A DNA stretch of 63,892 bases. Source: an uncultured Nitrospina sp. GTDB taxonomy: Bacteria; Nitrospinota; Nitrospinia; Nitrospinales; VA-1. The notes under the pieces were generated by a model. The model did not search any database. It saw nothing but the letters and a program-made list of their open reading frames with translations, and was not told where the DNA came from. The stretch lies in contig CAJWQP010000005.1 in the NCBI GenBank assembly GCA_913045445.1, positions 1-63,892 of the forward strand, read 5' to 3'. The position numbers and the translations under genes were made by a program. Of the stretch, positions 46,428 through 56,796 are shown in pieces (the first letter of the stretch is position 1; each line of letters starts with the position of its first letter).

Positions 46428-47809
46428 GAAAAACAAAAAGAATCCACTTCATCGGGATAGGAGGTTCGGGTATGAGCGGCATCGCTGAAGTGTTGATCAA
46501 TCAGGGATATGAAGTGAGTGGATCTGACAAGGCGCAAACCCCTGTGACGGATCACCTCGAACAGCTGGGCGCGAAAATTTTCTTTGATCACGCGACGGAA
46601 AATATCGAAAGCTCACAGGTTGTCGTGGCATCCAGCGCCATAGGTTCGGATAACGTCGAAGTGGTCGCGGCAAAGGAACGCATGATCCCGGTTATCCCTC
46701 GCGCAGAAATGCTGGCAGAACTGATGCGTATGAAATATGGCATCGCTATCGCCGGGACTCATGGCAAAACAACCACGACATCACTGGTATCGACAGTTCT
46801 TGCTGGAGGACATCTTGACCCGACTGTGGTCATCGGAGGTCGGCTGAAAAATGTTGGCGGTCACGCCAAGCTGGGTCAAAGCGAATTTCTGGTGGCGGAG
46901 GCTGACGAAAGCGATGGATCGTTCATTCGGCTGTCACCCACTATCGCTGTGGTCACAACACTCGATGAAGAACATATGGATTTTTATCTGACTCTGGAAA
47001 ATATGAAAAACACGTTTCTGGAGTTTATCAACAAAATTCCTTTTTACGGTTCCGCCATCCTCTGTCTGGATGACCCCAACATACAATCGCTGATTCCGAG
47101 AGTAGAAAAACGGTACATCACCTATGGCTTAACTTCTCAAGCGGATTACACGGCACGTAACATTTCCATCGAGGGATTGAAAACATATTTCACCGTATAC
47201 CACCAGGGCAAGGAACTGGGGCGGATACTTTCCGGAGCGCTTGGACAACACAATGTGCTCAACACGCTTGCGGCAGTCGCCGTAGGTATGGAGCTGGATC
47301 TCGATTTCCAAAAGGTGGCAAATTCGCTCACACATTTCGCAGGCGTTCAAAGACGTTTCGAGATTGTGGAGCAATCGAACGAACTGACACTGGTAGACGA
47401 TTACGGGCACCATCCCATAGAAATAACTGCCACTTTAAAAACGGCGAAAGAAACCTGGCCCGACCGAAAGCTCGTCGTCCTGTTTCAGCCTCACAGATAT
47501 TCGCGGACAAAGTTGCTGATGAAAGATTTCTGGTCTGCTTTCAATGATGCCGACCACTTGCTGGTAATGGATATCTTCCCGGCTGGGGAAGCTCCCATAG
47601 AAAACATACACGCGCGTGACCTCGTTGAGGGTGCACGCGAATGCGGACACAAAAATGCGAACTATGTAGAACATAGAAACGAAGTGAATAAACAATTATC
47701 CCATCTCTTGAAACCCGGCGATGTATTGATGACGCTGGGAGCAGGCGATGTATGGAAACTGGGCAGAGATTTTTTAACGGCCCGGTCTTCTGGAAAAAAC
47801 GATAACTAA
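46418..47809 (+). CDS. murC: UDP-MurNAc:L-alanine ligase MurC
   Basis: 463 aa. GIGGSGMSGIAE, GTHGKTTTTS, DDYGHHP. Confidence 0.95.
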   Translation: MFLGKTKRIHFIGIGGSGMSGIAEVLINQGYEVSGSDKAQTPVTDHLEQLGAKIFFDHATENIESSQVVVASSAIGSDNVEVVAAKERMIPVIPRAEMLAELMRMKYGIAIAGTHGKTTTTSLVSTVLAGGHLDPTVVIGGRLKNVGGHAKLGQSEFLVAEADESDGSFIRLSPTIAVVTTLDEEHMDFYLTLENMKNTFLEFINKIPFYGSAILCLDDPNIQSLIPRVEKRYITYGLTSQADYTARNISIEGLKTYFTVYHQGKELGRILSGALGQHNVLNTLAAVAVGMELDLDFQKVANSLTHFAGVQRRFEIVEQSNELTLVDDYGHHPIEITATLKTAKETWPDRKLVVLFQPHRYSRTKLLMKDFWSAFNDADHLLVMDIFPAGEAPIENIHARDLVEGARECGHKNANYVEHRNEVNKQLSHLLKPGDVLMTLGAGDVWKLGRDFLTARSSGKNDN

Positions 47810-47962
47810 CCAGAGGAGGAACTCACCCCTATGCTGAGCGGACCTTGGAAACAACGGCTGATACGCTACGCAAATACTGGAACGGACTACCATTTCCCTA
47901 AGAGGGACAGTCTGAATTCACCCAGAACTATTCTGGGAAGAAAAATCCTGCAGAGAAAAAAT

Positions 47963-48886
47963 ATGAATCCTTCCTTTTCCATCCAAAACAAGATTAAAGG
48001 CGAGGTGCGCTATGACGAGATCATGGCTAAATACACCTCAATGCGAATTGGCGGTCCGGCGGATGTATTTGTTCTGCCTGCAAACCTGCGGGACCTGCAA
48101 ATCATTTTAAAACATCGCGGCAATTGCCCTGTATGGACGCTCGGTGAAGGCACCAACCTGCTCGTGGGTGACCGGGGTATTCGAGGTATCGTGGTGTCAC
48201 TCAAGAATTGTTTCAAATCGATCAAACGCCCGGTGTTTTACAAAACTCCCGAGGGCAAAGAACGAGCCGTCATTCAGGTGGATGCTGGTGTGAAGCTATC
48301 CTACCTTGCCAAGTATGCCGCGCGTTATGGCCTGAAGGGAATTGAATCTCTGGTGGGCATTCCAGGTTCTGTTGGCGGAGCGGTCGTGATGAACGCTGGA
48401 GCTGAAGGCACTGAAATTGGACAGGTTCTCCGCAGTGTCAAACGCATCGACCTTGATGGTGAGGTCGAAACTTTTGACAAGGATGAGATAAAGTTCACCT
48501 ATCGCAAAACCATCTTTCCCTCTGAAGAAGGAATCGTTATCTCAGCGGAACTTGATTTGGAAAAGGGAGAAACATCTGAGGTTCATCGCAAGATGGATGA
48601 TCATCTTTCACGCAGAAGCTCAACACAGCCGCTGACGATGCCCAACTCCGGGTCAATATTCAAAAACCCGGAAGGCGACAGCGCCGGACGCCTCATTGAA
48701 TCTTCCGGATTAAAAGGCTGTGGCATGGGCGGAGCGGGTGTTTCCATCAAGCACGCGAACTTTATAGTTAACAAGGGAAACGCTTCGGCCAAGGATGTGA
48801 TCAAACTGATCGAACATATCCAAACAGTGGTTGAGGAAAAAACGGGGACGAAGCTGGAGCAGGAAATTATATTTATCGGGGAGTAA
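47963..48886 (+). CDS. murB: UDP-N-acetylenolpyruvoylglucosamine reductase MurB
   Basis: Probable start MNPSFSIQ (ATG 47963); the track ORF starts at 47831. FAD-binding GEGTNLLV, NAGA, PNSGSIFKNP. Confidence 0.9.
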   Translation: MNPSFSIQNKIKGEVRYDEIMAKYTSMRIGGPADVFVLPANLRDLQIILKHRGNCPVWTLGEGTNLLVGDRGIRGIVVSLKNCFKSIKRPVFYKTPEGKERAVIQVDAGVKLSYLAKYAARYGLKGIESLVGIPGSVGGAVVMNAGAEGTEIGQVLRSVKRIDLDGEVETFDKDEIKFTYRKTIFPSEEGIVISAELDLEKGETSEVHRKMDDHLSRRSSTQPLTMPNSGSIFKNPEGDSAGRLIESSGLKGCGMGGAGVSIKHANFIVNKGNASAKDVIKLIEHIQTVVEEKTGTKLEQEIIFIGE

Positions 48887-49019
48887 AGACTGGCTTCCCG
48901 TTTACCAAATGTGTAAGAGATCCGTGTACAAAGGTACCTCCCTCCATCCTTTGTGTTCGGACTCTTTGGCCGGGATCGAATACGGATTTCCTACACATGC
49001 TTTTAACGACAAACGCTGA

Positions 49020-49940
49020 ATGGAATTGAAAGAAAAAACAATTGGGGTTCTCATGGGCGGTTTATCACCGGAACGAGAAGTTTCACTCACTTCAGGAAAA
49101 GCTGTATTGGAGGCGGTGAAAAAAAAAGGCCTGACGGGTGTGGGAATTGATGTGGACAACAATGTCGCCTCTGCCCTGATAAAAAATAAAATTGACCTGG
49201 CCTTCATAGCTCTTCATGGAGTTTATGGTGAGGACGGAGCGATTCAAGGACTCCTTGAATACGCAAAGATACCTTATACCGGGCCCGGTATTCTGGGAAG
49301 TGCCCTAGCTTACGACAAGGTGAAATCGAAGGAGATTTTTAAATTGAACAATATTCCCACGGCCGACTATCAGGTTTTTTATCGCAGTCAGAAAAAAAAG
49401 CCGCAATGCGCTTTTGATCTGCCTGTAGTCGTGAAGCCATCGAACCAGGGTTCCAGCATAGGCATCAGTATTGTGAGGGAAAAAAAAGAATGGCAACCGG
49501 CTATGGATCTGGCATTCGGTTATGCGGAGGAGGTGCTGGTGGAAAAGTTTATCGACGGCAAGCTATTGGCCATTGGCATGAACGGAGAACAGGCTATGCC
49601 CATCGTACACATCCGGCCAAAATCCGGGTTTTACGATTACGAAGCCAAATACACCAGCGGAAAAACAGATTATATCTGTCCTGCCGACCTCAGCCCGACG
49701 GAAACTCAACGCTGTCAAGACACAGCGGCCAAGGTTTATCAAGCCCTGCGAGGAAGCGGTATGCCAAGGGTTGATGTGATACTGGACTCCGAAGGCACAC
49801 CGCATGTCCTTGAAATGAACACCATACCGGGCATGACTTCGACAAGCCTTTTACCTATGGCGGCAAAGGAATCAGGAATGGAGTTTGAGGATCTGGTGAT
49901 TGAAATTTTGAAGTCGGCACAACTTGATTACAGTGAATAA
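49020..49940 (+). CDS. ddl: D-alanine--D-alanine ligase
   Basis: 306 aa. ALHGVYGEDGAIQGLLE, ATP-grasp KPSNQGSSIGI, EMNTIPGMT. Confidence 0.95.
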   Translation: MELKEKTIGVLMGGLSPEREVSLTSGKAVLEAVKKKGLTGVGIDVDNNVASALIKNKIDLAFIALHGVYGEDGAIQGLLEYAKIPYTGPGILGSALAYDKVKSKEIFKLNNIPTADYQVFYRSQKKKPQCAFDLPVVVKPSNQGSSIGISIVREKKEWQPAMDLAFGYAEEVLVEKFIDGKLLAIGMNGEQAMPIVHIRPKSGFYDYEAKYTSGKTDYICPADLSPTETQRCQDTAAKVYQALRGSGMPRVDVILDSEGTPHVLEMNTIPGMTSTSLLPMAAKESGMEFEDLVIEILKSAQLDYSE

Positions 49941-49949
49941 GGATACATC

Positions 49950-50861
49950 ATGGGTTTAGCTGTATTAGAACAAAGAAAACCGGGCACGGCCTTGAAGAAA
50001 GGGCGAACGTACCAGCTCAAAGGCCGAAAGAAAAAAGGACCTGCCGGTGGAAAATCGAGACAAAAAAATTTCGATTTCGATTTAGGCGCTGTTCTGAAGA
50101 TGCTGGCAGAAGGAACCGCCAGAGCCATCCTGATAGCCGCGTGCTCCTACGGTATTTTTGCGGGTTACCGATTTGTAACCAGTTCGCCTCATTTCAATGT
50201 CAATCAGGTGAACTGGGTTGGTCAACAACGTTTATCCAATGCGGACCTGACTTCCTGGGTGGGGCCGATAGTTGGGGGAAATATTTTTCAACTGGACCTC
50301 AATGCGGTTTCGGTAAAACTGGCGGAGCATCCCTGGGTGCAAACAGCCTCGGCAAGAAGGATTTTTCCTCAGGGTATCCACATAGAGCTTAAGGAACGGA
50401 TTCCGTTCGCAAGAATCCAACTGGATCAGGTTTATATCATGGACAACTACGGGATTCTGCTTGGCCCTGAGGAAAAGAATTTTAATGACCTTCCTCTCAT
50501 CACAGGCATTCAGGAAAAAAATCCGCAACTGGGACAAAACGCCGCTAACGAGGAAATCATTCGCGGATTAAAATCGATGTACTACTTCAACCGATTGCCC
50601 ATGTTCAAAAAGAACCCAATCGACACGGTGCGTATCAGCAATCGGTCAAGAATAACATTCGTTACTCAAAATAGAGGTATGGAAGTGCATATGCGACCGG
50701 GCACGGCAGAGGAGAGTTTCAAAAACCTGATGCTCGTATTGGAAACGATAGGAGAAAATGAAAAAGATCTGAGCTATATCGACCTTTCATTCAAAGACAA
50801 GATTGTGGTTAAGCATCATAAAAAAGTTAAAAGAAGTTCTCAAAAAACTAAAAAAGCATAA
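49950..50861 (+). CDS. ftsQ: Cell division protein FtsQ
   Basis: 303 aa. Basic N-terminus, TM, POTRA-like region (FNVNQVNWVG). Canonical position between ddl and ftsA. Confidence 0.85.
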   Translation: MGLAVLEQRKPGTALKKGRTYQLKGRKKKGPAGGKSRQKNFDFDLGAVLKMLAEGTARAILIAACSYGIFAGYRFVTSSPHFNVNQVNWVGQQRLSNADLTSWVGPIVGGNIFQLDLNAVSVKLAEHPWVQTASARRIFPQGIHIELKERIPFARIQLDQVYIMDNYGILLGPEEKNFNDLPLITGIQEKNPQLGQNAANEEIIRGLKSMYYFNRLPMFKKNPIDTVRISNRSRITFVTQNRGMEVHMRPGTAEESFKNLMLVLETIGENEKDLSYIDLSFKDKIVVKHHKKVKRSSQKTKKA

Positions 50862-50881
50862 CCTGGAGAGGGAGAGGACAT

Positions 50882-52114
50882 ATGTCCAAGAAAAATGATT
50901 ACATAGTTGGTCTCGATATTGGAACCACAAAAATCTGTTGCATCATCGGTGAGGTGGGTCATGACGGCCAGGTCGATATCATCGGACTGGGCCAGTATCC
51001 TTCTCGCGGACTACGTAAGGGAGTGGTGGTTAATATCGATGGCACGGTGGAATCCATCAAAAACGCAGTCGAAGAGGCTGAACTGATGGCAGGCTGTGAA
51101 ATCGATTCCGTATTTGTCGGAATCGCCGGTGGTCATATAAACAGCTTAAACAGCCACGGTATTATCGCCGCCAAGAGCAAAGAGATATCTCAAAAAGATA
51201 TTGACCGTGTTATAGACGCGGCAAAGGCCATCGCTATTCCGCTAGACCGGGAAGTTATTCATGTTCTGCCTCAGGAATATATTGTGGACAATCAGGACGG
51301 AATCAAAACTCCTCTCGGCATGTCGGGAGTGCGGCTGGAAGCCAAGGTTCACATCGTCACGGCCGCAGTCACCTCGGCACAGAATATCGTCCGCTGTGTT
51401 AACAAGGCGGGGCTGGGAGTTCAGGATATCGTGCTGGAGCAGTTGGCGTCCAGTGAATCGGTACTGTCCTCCGATGAAAAGGAACTGGGTGTCGCGATGA
51501 TCGACATCGGCGGAGGAACTTCTGACCTGGCTGTTTTTTATCAGGGATCAATCAAGCACACTTCAGTACTCACCATCGCTGGCGCGCAAATGACAAATGA
51601 CATCGCCATTGGATTGCGCACTCCGAACCAGGAAGCGGAAAAAATCAAACACAGCCACGGTTGTGCTCTTGCCGCGTTGATCGGGGAAGATGAGACTATC
51701 GAAGTTCCCAGTGTGGGTGGACGTGAAACTCGTACTGTGTCTCGACAAATTTTAAGTGAAATTCTGGAAGCACGGGCAAGGGAAATGTTCGAAATTCTCA
51801 ATCACGAAATCAATGTTTCAGGATACCGCGATATCGTTTCATCTGGCATCGTGCTGACAGGGGGCGCCGCGAGCTTGCCGGGAATGGGAGAACTCGGAGA
51901 AGAAATTTTTCAACTTCCTGTTCGCATCGGAACCCCATCCAAACTGGGCGGGCTTGCGGATGTAGTAGGCAGTCCAATGTATGCAACGAGTACAGGACTT
52001 ATTCAATATGGCATGAAGAGTTACAAATCAGGAACGACCCGTGAGTTACAGGGACGACACTTGTTTGACAAAATTTTCAGTCGGATGAAAGACTGGGCCG
52101 AAGAATTCTTTTAA
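50882..52114 (+). CDS. ftsA: Cell division protein FtsA
   Basis: 410 aa. Actin-fold motifs VGLDIGTTK, DIGGGTSD, VLTGGAA, and a C-terminal amphipathic helix. Confidence 0.96.
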   Translation: MSKKNDYIVGLDIGTTKICCIIGEVGHDGQVDIIGLGQYPSRGLRKGVVVNIDGTVESIKNAVEEAELMAGCEIDSVFVGIAGGHINSLNSHGIIAAKSKEISQKDIDRVIDAAKAIAIPLDREVIHVLPQEYIVDNQDGIKTPLGMSGVRLEAKVHIVTAAVTSAQNIVRCVNKAGLGVQDIVLEQLASSESVLSSDEKELGVAMIDIGGGTSDLAVFYQGSIKHTSVLTIAGAQMTNDIAIGLRTPNQEAEKIKHSHGCALAALIGEDETIEVPSVGGRETRTVSRQILSEILEARAREMFEILNHEINVSGYRDIVSSGIVLTGGAASLPGMGELGEEIFQLPVRIGTPSKLGGLADVVGSPMYATSTGLIQYGMKSYKSGTTRELQGRHLFDKIFSRMKDWAEEFF

Positions 52115-52131
52115 TTGATTTGGAGGGAATC

Positions 52132-53298
52132 ATGAGTCTAATAGAGTTTGAAACAAAAAATGAGTATAACGCTTCTATCAAGGTTATAGGAGTGGGAGGC
52201 GGAGGAACCAACGCGGTCAATTCTATGGTACGCAACCATATTATGGGCGTAGAGTTCATTGTCGCCAACACAGACGTCCAATCGTTGGAGTCATCCCCTT
52301 GTCCGGATAAAATCCAATTGGGGGGCGAACTTACGCGTGGACTCGGTGCAGGTTCAAATCCGGACACAGGTCAACTTGCCGCTCAGGAAAGTGAAGAACA
52401 TATCCGCGACATGCTCAACGGAGCCGACATGGTGTTCATCACTGCGGGAATGGGTGGAGGAACCGGAACGGGTGGCGCACCAACCATTGCCCGTATAGCT
52501 CGCGAGGTGGGTGCGCTCACTGTAGGAATCGTGACCAAACCGTTTTCTTTTGAAGGAAAAAACCGGATGGTACAAGCGGAAGCGGGCATTAAAGAATTAA
52601 AAGAAGCCATTGATACTCTCATTGTAATTCCCAATCAAAAACTATTGAGTTTCGTTGGCAAGCAAACTTCATTCACCGGCGCGTTCTCCATTGTCGATGA
52701 TGTCCTGCAACAAGCGGTATGCAGTATCTCCGACCTCATCGTTATTCCCGGTCTGGTCAATCTTGACTTCGCAGATGTAAAAACCATTATGGGAGACATG
52801 GGCAAAGCGCTTATGGGAAGCGGCATCGCCGCTGGCGAAAACCGGGCAGTCGAAGCCGCGGAAAAAGCCGTCTCCAGTCCGCTACTCGATGATGCTACCG
52901 TCCATGGCGCTCGGGGAATTCTCATCAACGTCACCGGCGGTGAAGACATGACAATCCACGAAGTCAACGAAGCCGCAGAGCTTATTCAGAAAAACACCCA
53001 CGATGACGCGAACATCATCTTCGGCTCGGTGATCAATGACAATATGGAAGGCCAGATGCGTGTCACGGTAATCGCGACTGGATTCGAATCGCCAGTGGAA
53101 ACTGAACAACCAGTACAAAAACTAGAAATAAAAAAACCTGACCAGACAAAGGCTGAACCGATGCGCAAAGCAGTTGGTGACGACGGGTATCGCCATCTCA
53201 GAAGTCTGGCCCATGAATTTAAAGAGGAAAATCCAGATTCAATCAACGCCTCGACTAATTTCGACATTCCAACGTTTCTGAGAAAGCACGCGGACTAA
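52132..53298 (+). CDS. ftsZ: Cell division GTPase FtsZ
   Basis: ATG 52132 with GGAGGG 4 nt upstream; the track starts at TTG 52120. Tubulin signature GMGGGTGTGGAP, NTDVQSL, and a C-terminal DIPTFLRK peptide. Confidence 0.97.
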   Translation: MSLIEFETKNEYNASIKVIGVGGGGTNAVNSMVRNHIMGVEFIVANTDVQSLESSPCPDKIQLGGELTRGLGAGSNPDTGQLAAQESEEHIRDMLNGADMVFITAGMGGGTGTGGAPTIARIAREVGALTVGIVTKPFSFEGKNRMVQAEAGIKELKEAIDTLIVIPNQKLLSFVGKQTSFTGAFSIVDDVLQQAVCSISDLIVIPGLVNLDFADVKTIMGDMGKALMGSGIAAGENRAVEAAEKAVSSPLLDDATVHGARGILINVTGGEDMTIHEVNEAAELIQKNTHDDANIIFGSVINDNMEGQMRVTVIATGFESPVETEQPVQKLEIKKPDQTKAEPMRKAVGDDGYRHLRSLAHEFKEENPDSINASTNFDIPTFLRKHAD

Positions 53299-53305
53299 AA
53301 AATAT

Positions 53306-53335
53306 CGCCTCATGCCCACCTCCAAGCATGAGGCG
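53306..53335 (-). terminator. Stem-loop terminator between ftsZ and the convergent DUF547 gene
   Basis: CGCCTCATGC (53306-15), 10-nt loop, GCATGAGGCG (53326-35). On the minus strand it is followed by ATATTTTTT. There is no U-tract on the plus strand. Confidence 0.6.
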
Positions 53336-53348
53336 GTATGATGCCCTG

Positions 53349-54206
53349 TCAACGCGAACTTCCGTTGACGCGCCAATTGTAGTCCATGTAGGAAATATGC
53401 AGGCCGGGATTGCCCACCGCCTGCCCGTCTTTCGCCGAAACGTAGGGGCGGATGAATTTCAACACTCCGCCCCGTGACTCAAAATCATTTTCAAACCAGT
53501 CGAAGATTTTGGAAAGGAAAACCTTTTTGCCTCCGGTATCCACCCTCATCCCCTTCCCCGGATTCGCCAGAAACCCCTTCATCTGAGCATCAAGTTGTTC
53601 GCTGAGCCGTTCGGCTTTATACACGTCCGTCGCAAGGTCAGGGCAACTCACAGAAGCACAAACAATCGCCACATGAATCCGCGGCTCGCCCATTTTCCGT
53701 AAAATTTCATGTTCGATTTCATACAAAGTGTATTCTTTGCCGCCAACCATTCCCGCGTTACGTTTCCAGACGGATTTAAATAAACTGCCGACGTCCTTGA
53801 TACTTTCCAGCGGATAATTATCCGTCACCATTTTCACCGCGAATACGTTATACACGTTTATCCAGAACGCCAGCCTGTCTTCATGCGTTTTGAGCCGTGC
53901 GAGTGAAAATGATTTCAATCCCTCAATCAACCGGGAGAATGCAGGGTCCGTTTTCAACTTTTCGTAATTAACCGTATTCAGCCGAACCCCGTCTATGGTG
54001 CCGGGAGCCACATATTTTTTCAGCAGGACATCCCAGTCGGAAAAATCATATGACTGTACCGGGCCGTTGCCAGGTGCCTGTGCCAGAGCCAAGGTTGGCG
54101 CAGATATTGCGAGTATCATCACCAACATGAATCGCAGTCTGAATAATTCTCTGATCTGCCAGCACTTGAATTTCCATAAACAGGTTATAGCTGGTAAAAT
54201 GTTCAT
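53349..54206 (-). CDS. DUF547 domain-containing exported protein
   Basis: 285 aa. DUF547 core (FWINVYNVFAVKMV, PRIHVAIVCASVSCPDL). Signal-like ILAISAPTLALAQA. The start is uncertain (possibly the internal M at 54128). Confidence 0.8.
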   Translation of the reverse strand: MNILPAITCLWKFKCWQIRELFRLRFMLVMILAISAPTLALAQAPGNGPVQSYDFSDWDVLLKKYVAPGTIDGVRLNTVNYEKLKTDPAFSRLIEGLKSFSLARLKTHEDRLAFWINVYNVFAVKMVTDNYPLESIKDVGSLFKSVWKRNAGMVGGKEYTLYEIEHEILRKMGEPRIHVAIVCASVSCPDLATDVYKAERLSEQLDAQMKGFLANPGKGMRVDTGGKKVFLSKIFDWFENDFESRGGVLKFIRPYVSAKDGQAVGNPGLHISYMDYNWRVNGSSR

Positions 54207-54327
54207 CTTAAAAGATACTCACAATTGAATTGAACAGCTGACTTGACTTACAGCTTCATATTATTAGTATAACCCGAAGTGCTTGACTTACATTTCTTTC
54301 AGTATTTTTTTTGCTGGCGATATAAAA

Positions 54328-55200
54328 ATGAATTCACCCGCTACAGAATCCGGTTCCACCCCTGACCCAAGGGGCCTGCTTTATGTTTCCGATCTCGACG
54401 GAACACTTCTCGATGAGGATGGACAGCTCCCTGAAAATTCGATACGCAGACTCAACCGGCTCATCGACAAGGGACTCAATTTCACTATCGCCACAGCACG
54501 CAATTATGACTCGGCCTATCCTCTCCTGCGCAGACTCAACCTCAAGCACCCTGTCATCCTGTTCAATGGAGTGTACCTGACCGAGTTGCATACCGGGGCC
54601 AATATTTTTTTCTCCGATTTTATTTCCCGGGAGATTATCAATAACATGATGACCTTGGTCGAACCTCGTGGAATTGATCCTTTCATATACACCTATGGCG
54701 AAAAACACCGGGTCTATTTCAGGAGCGCCAGTAATCAGGGAGCCCAGGCCTATATCGACAGCCTGGCGGATGACGAGCGCATGCAGAAAGTTGAAGAGTT
54801 TGTCTTCTGCCAATCCGAGCGAGTCTCAGGGTTCCTGTTAATCGATACCGGAGTAGCGCTGGAGCCGGTATATAATGAACTGCGTTCCTTATACGTAGAC
54901 AAGCTCAATATTTATTTTGCGCAAGACGTCTCCAATACCGGATTCCACTGGCTGCAGAGTTTTCATCAGGAAGCCAATAAAGGAAAAATGCTCAAGCGAA
55001 TGGCCCGGCACCTCGGTATTTCCCTGTCTGAGACGGTGGTTTTTGGCGATTACCTGAACGATCTGGATATGTTCAAAGTGTCAGGGCACGCCATCGCCGT
55101 GGAAAACGCTCTGCCGGAAGTAAAGTCCGCCGCCGGGCAGGTCATTGCCAGCAATACCGATCAAGGGGTGATCACCTATCTCGAGTCGCTCTTCGACTGA
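54328..55200 (+). CDS. Cof-type HAD-IIB family hydrolase
   Basis: Start MNSPATE (ATG 54328). DLDGTLL motif I, TIATAR motif II, GDYLNDLDMF motif IV. Confidence 0.88.
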   Translation: MNSPATESGSTPDPRGLLYVSDLDGTLLDEDGQLPENSIRRLNRLIDKGLNFTIATARNYDSAYPLLRRLNLKHPVILFNGVYLTELHTGANIFFSDFISREIINNMMTLVEPRGIDPFIYTYGEKHRVYFRSASNQGAQAYIDSLADDERMQKVEEFVFCQSERVSGFLLIDTGVALEPVYNELRSLYVDKLNIYFAQDVSNTGFHWLQSFHQEANKGKMLKRMARHLGISLSETVVFGDYLNDLDMFKVSGHAIAVENALPEVKSAAGQVIASNTDQGVITYLESLFD

Positions 55201-55243
55201 AAACTGATATAATGAAATATCGTCAATAAACGTGGAAAACGAA

Positions 55244-55855
55244 ATGTCCGACACCGAACAGCCCAAGGAAGCAGATGAACCCATTTACCAGCGGGATAGA
55301 ACCGCGAAAGAACCTGTAGCGCCCGATGCAGGGGCAGAAAAAAAAGCAAAGCTTAAGGTGAAACCTAAAAAGCGAAAAGCTTTCGTCCCGAAAAAACTGG
55401 TCAGGACATCCACCAGACAGCAGGAATACCGCGTGCGCCAGATACGTGTTTCCAGTCAGGAGTCCGCGACGCTGTTCTGGCAAACTCTCGTAGACTTCCA
55501 GAAAGAACTGGCAGAAGAAGTGGAAGACCTCGACAAGGCATTCCATGACCGGGAGAAAGTGGAAAACTATTTCGCGCGAGTCGCGAAGAAATACAGTATT
55601 TGTTCAAGCAAAGCTTTGGGCGGCGACATCGACTGGATATATCAGGGAATGAATGTGCAGGAAGAACTCATGACTCAGGAACTGATCGATATCATCGTTA
55701 AGACGGAAAAACATGTCATACCCGAACCGATCAAAACGCGACTGGGCTATCACATCATCCTCGTGTGCGAAGATAGAGACAGAATAGAAGAAGAAAAACC
55801 CAAGGCCTCCCCCACCCCAACCGCCGCCCCTGCGGGAACGAATATTCCTACTTAA
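55244..55855 (+). CDS. PpiC/parvulin-type peptidyl-prolyl isomerase with long basic N-terminal region
   Basis: Parvulin core YRVRQIRV .. AKKYSICSSKALGGDIDWI .. TRLGYHIILV. ATG at 55244 (GTG 55232 in the track). Confidence 0.85.
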   Translation: MSDTEQPKEADEPIYQRDRTAKEPVAPDAGAEKKAKLKVKPKKRKAFVPKKLVRTSTRQQEYRVRQIRVSSQESATLFWQTLVDFQKELAEEVEDLDKAFHDREKVENYFARVAKKYSICSSKALGGDIDWIYQGMNVQEELMTQELIDIIVKTEKHVIPEPIKTRLGYHIILVCEDRDRIEEEKPKASPTPTAAPAGTNIPT

Positions 55856-55925
55856 TTGAAGGGGTAAAATCCATTCTTGACTTTATTTTGGCCCGCGCCG
55901 AGTGGTGGCCCCCACGCCTAGTGGG

Positions 55926-56228
55926 CTAAAACTCTATATCTTTACCCATTTTGTCGCGCAGGATGAGTTCGGCGGGGGTGTAATATTTTTTTGTGGTATT
56001 ACACTTTTTGCAGGATGGAACCACATTGCCTTTGCCACTTTGACCGCCTCTGGCAATAGGCACGATATGATCCATCGTCAGGCTGGCGGGTTCAAACTTG
56101 CCGCCGCAATAGTGACAGATTCCTTTGGCGATTTTCTCTTTCCACCATTGCGACTGACGCAGTTTTCTTCCCTTGGCTTTTTCTTTGCGGAAACGCTTTT
56201 CGCCTCCGGCTTCACTTTTCATGTTCAT
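55926..56228 (-). CDS. Small HNH endonuclease
   Basis: 100 aa. CHYCGG .. LTMDHIVPIARGG .. NVVPSCKKCNTTK (HNH/HNN with two CxxC pairs). Basic N-terminus. Confidence 0.85.
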   Translation of the reverse strand: MNMKSEAGGEKRFRKEKAKGRKLRQSQWWKEKIAKGICHYCGGKFEPASLTMDHIVPIARGGQSGKGNVVPSCKKCNTTKKYYTPAELILRDKMGKDIEF

Positions 56229-56313
56229 TAATTATGTGGCCCTTAAAATATACATTTACCAATCACCGACCTTTTAAACCAGGGCTCTGTGATTGCAAGT
56301 TTTAGAAGCTCCT

Positions 56314-56787
56314 TTAAGGAGCTTCTGCCGCCCGGTTCGCCCAGGCAGACTTTATAAGTATTGACGGGTCGCTGTTGAGCCGGACCGCACGAACTGTTCC
56401 CGAGATACTCCCCTGTGGATACCAGTGGATATCGCCTGCGTCGAATTCGAATCCAAGCGCGCCGGAAAGCCGCGTTTTACTGGTCCAGAAACAACTGCCG
56501 TAACCAAATTCGAAAATCGGATCGATATGCAGGATAAATGTTTTTCCCCGCGATTGAAAGGGTAGTGCGAATTCGTACAGACTCTGTATCTCGAGTTTAC
56601 TCGGAAGCCGCCAGTCGGAAACGCCACCGAGCTTTTGCTGGTTCAATTTTTCTATGTAATCGCTGGCATCGTACCAGCTTATATAGTTTCCCGTTTCCCG
56701 ATAGGCATAACCCTCCTGCCACATCAGCCCTGTCAGGGTATCTGTGATGGTTCCGTCATCATTGTCTATGAAACGTTGCCCGGACAT
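56314..56787 (-). CDS. DUF1566 (Lcl C-terminal) domain protein
   Basis: 157 aa. DGTITDTLTGLMWQ and DWRLPSKLEIQSLY, typical of DUF1566. No signal peptide seen. Confidence 0.8.
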   Translation of the reverse strand: MSGQRFIDNDDGTITDTLTGLMWQEGYAYRETGNYISWYDASDYIEKLNQQKLGGVSDWRLPSKLEIQSLYEFALPFQSRGKTFILHIDPIFEFGYGSCFWTSKTRLSGALGFEFDAGDIHWYPQGSISGTVRAVRLNSDPSILIKSAWANRAAEAP

Positions 56788-56796
56788 AGAAAGTTT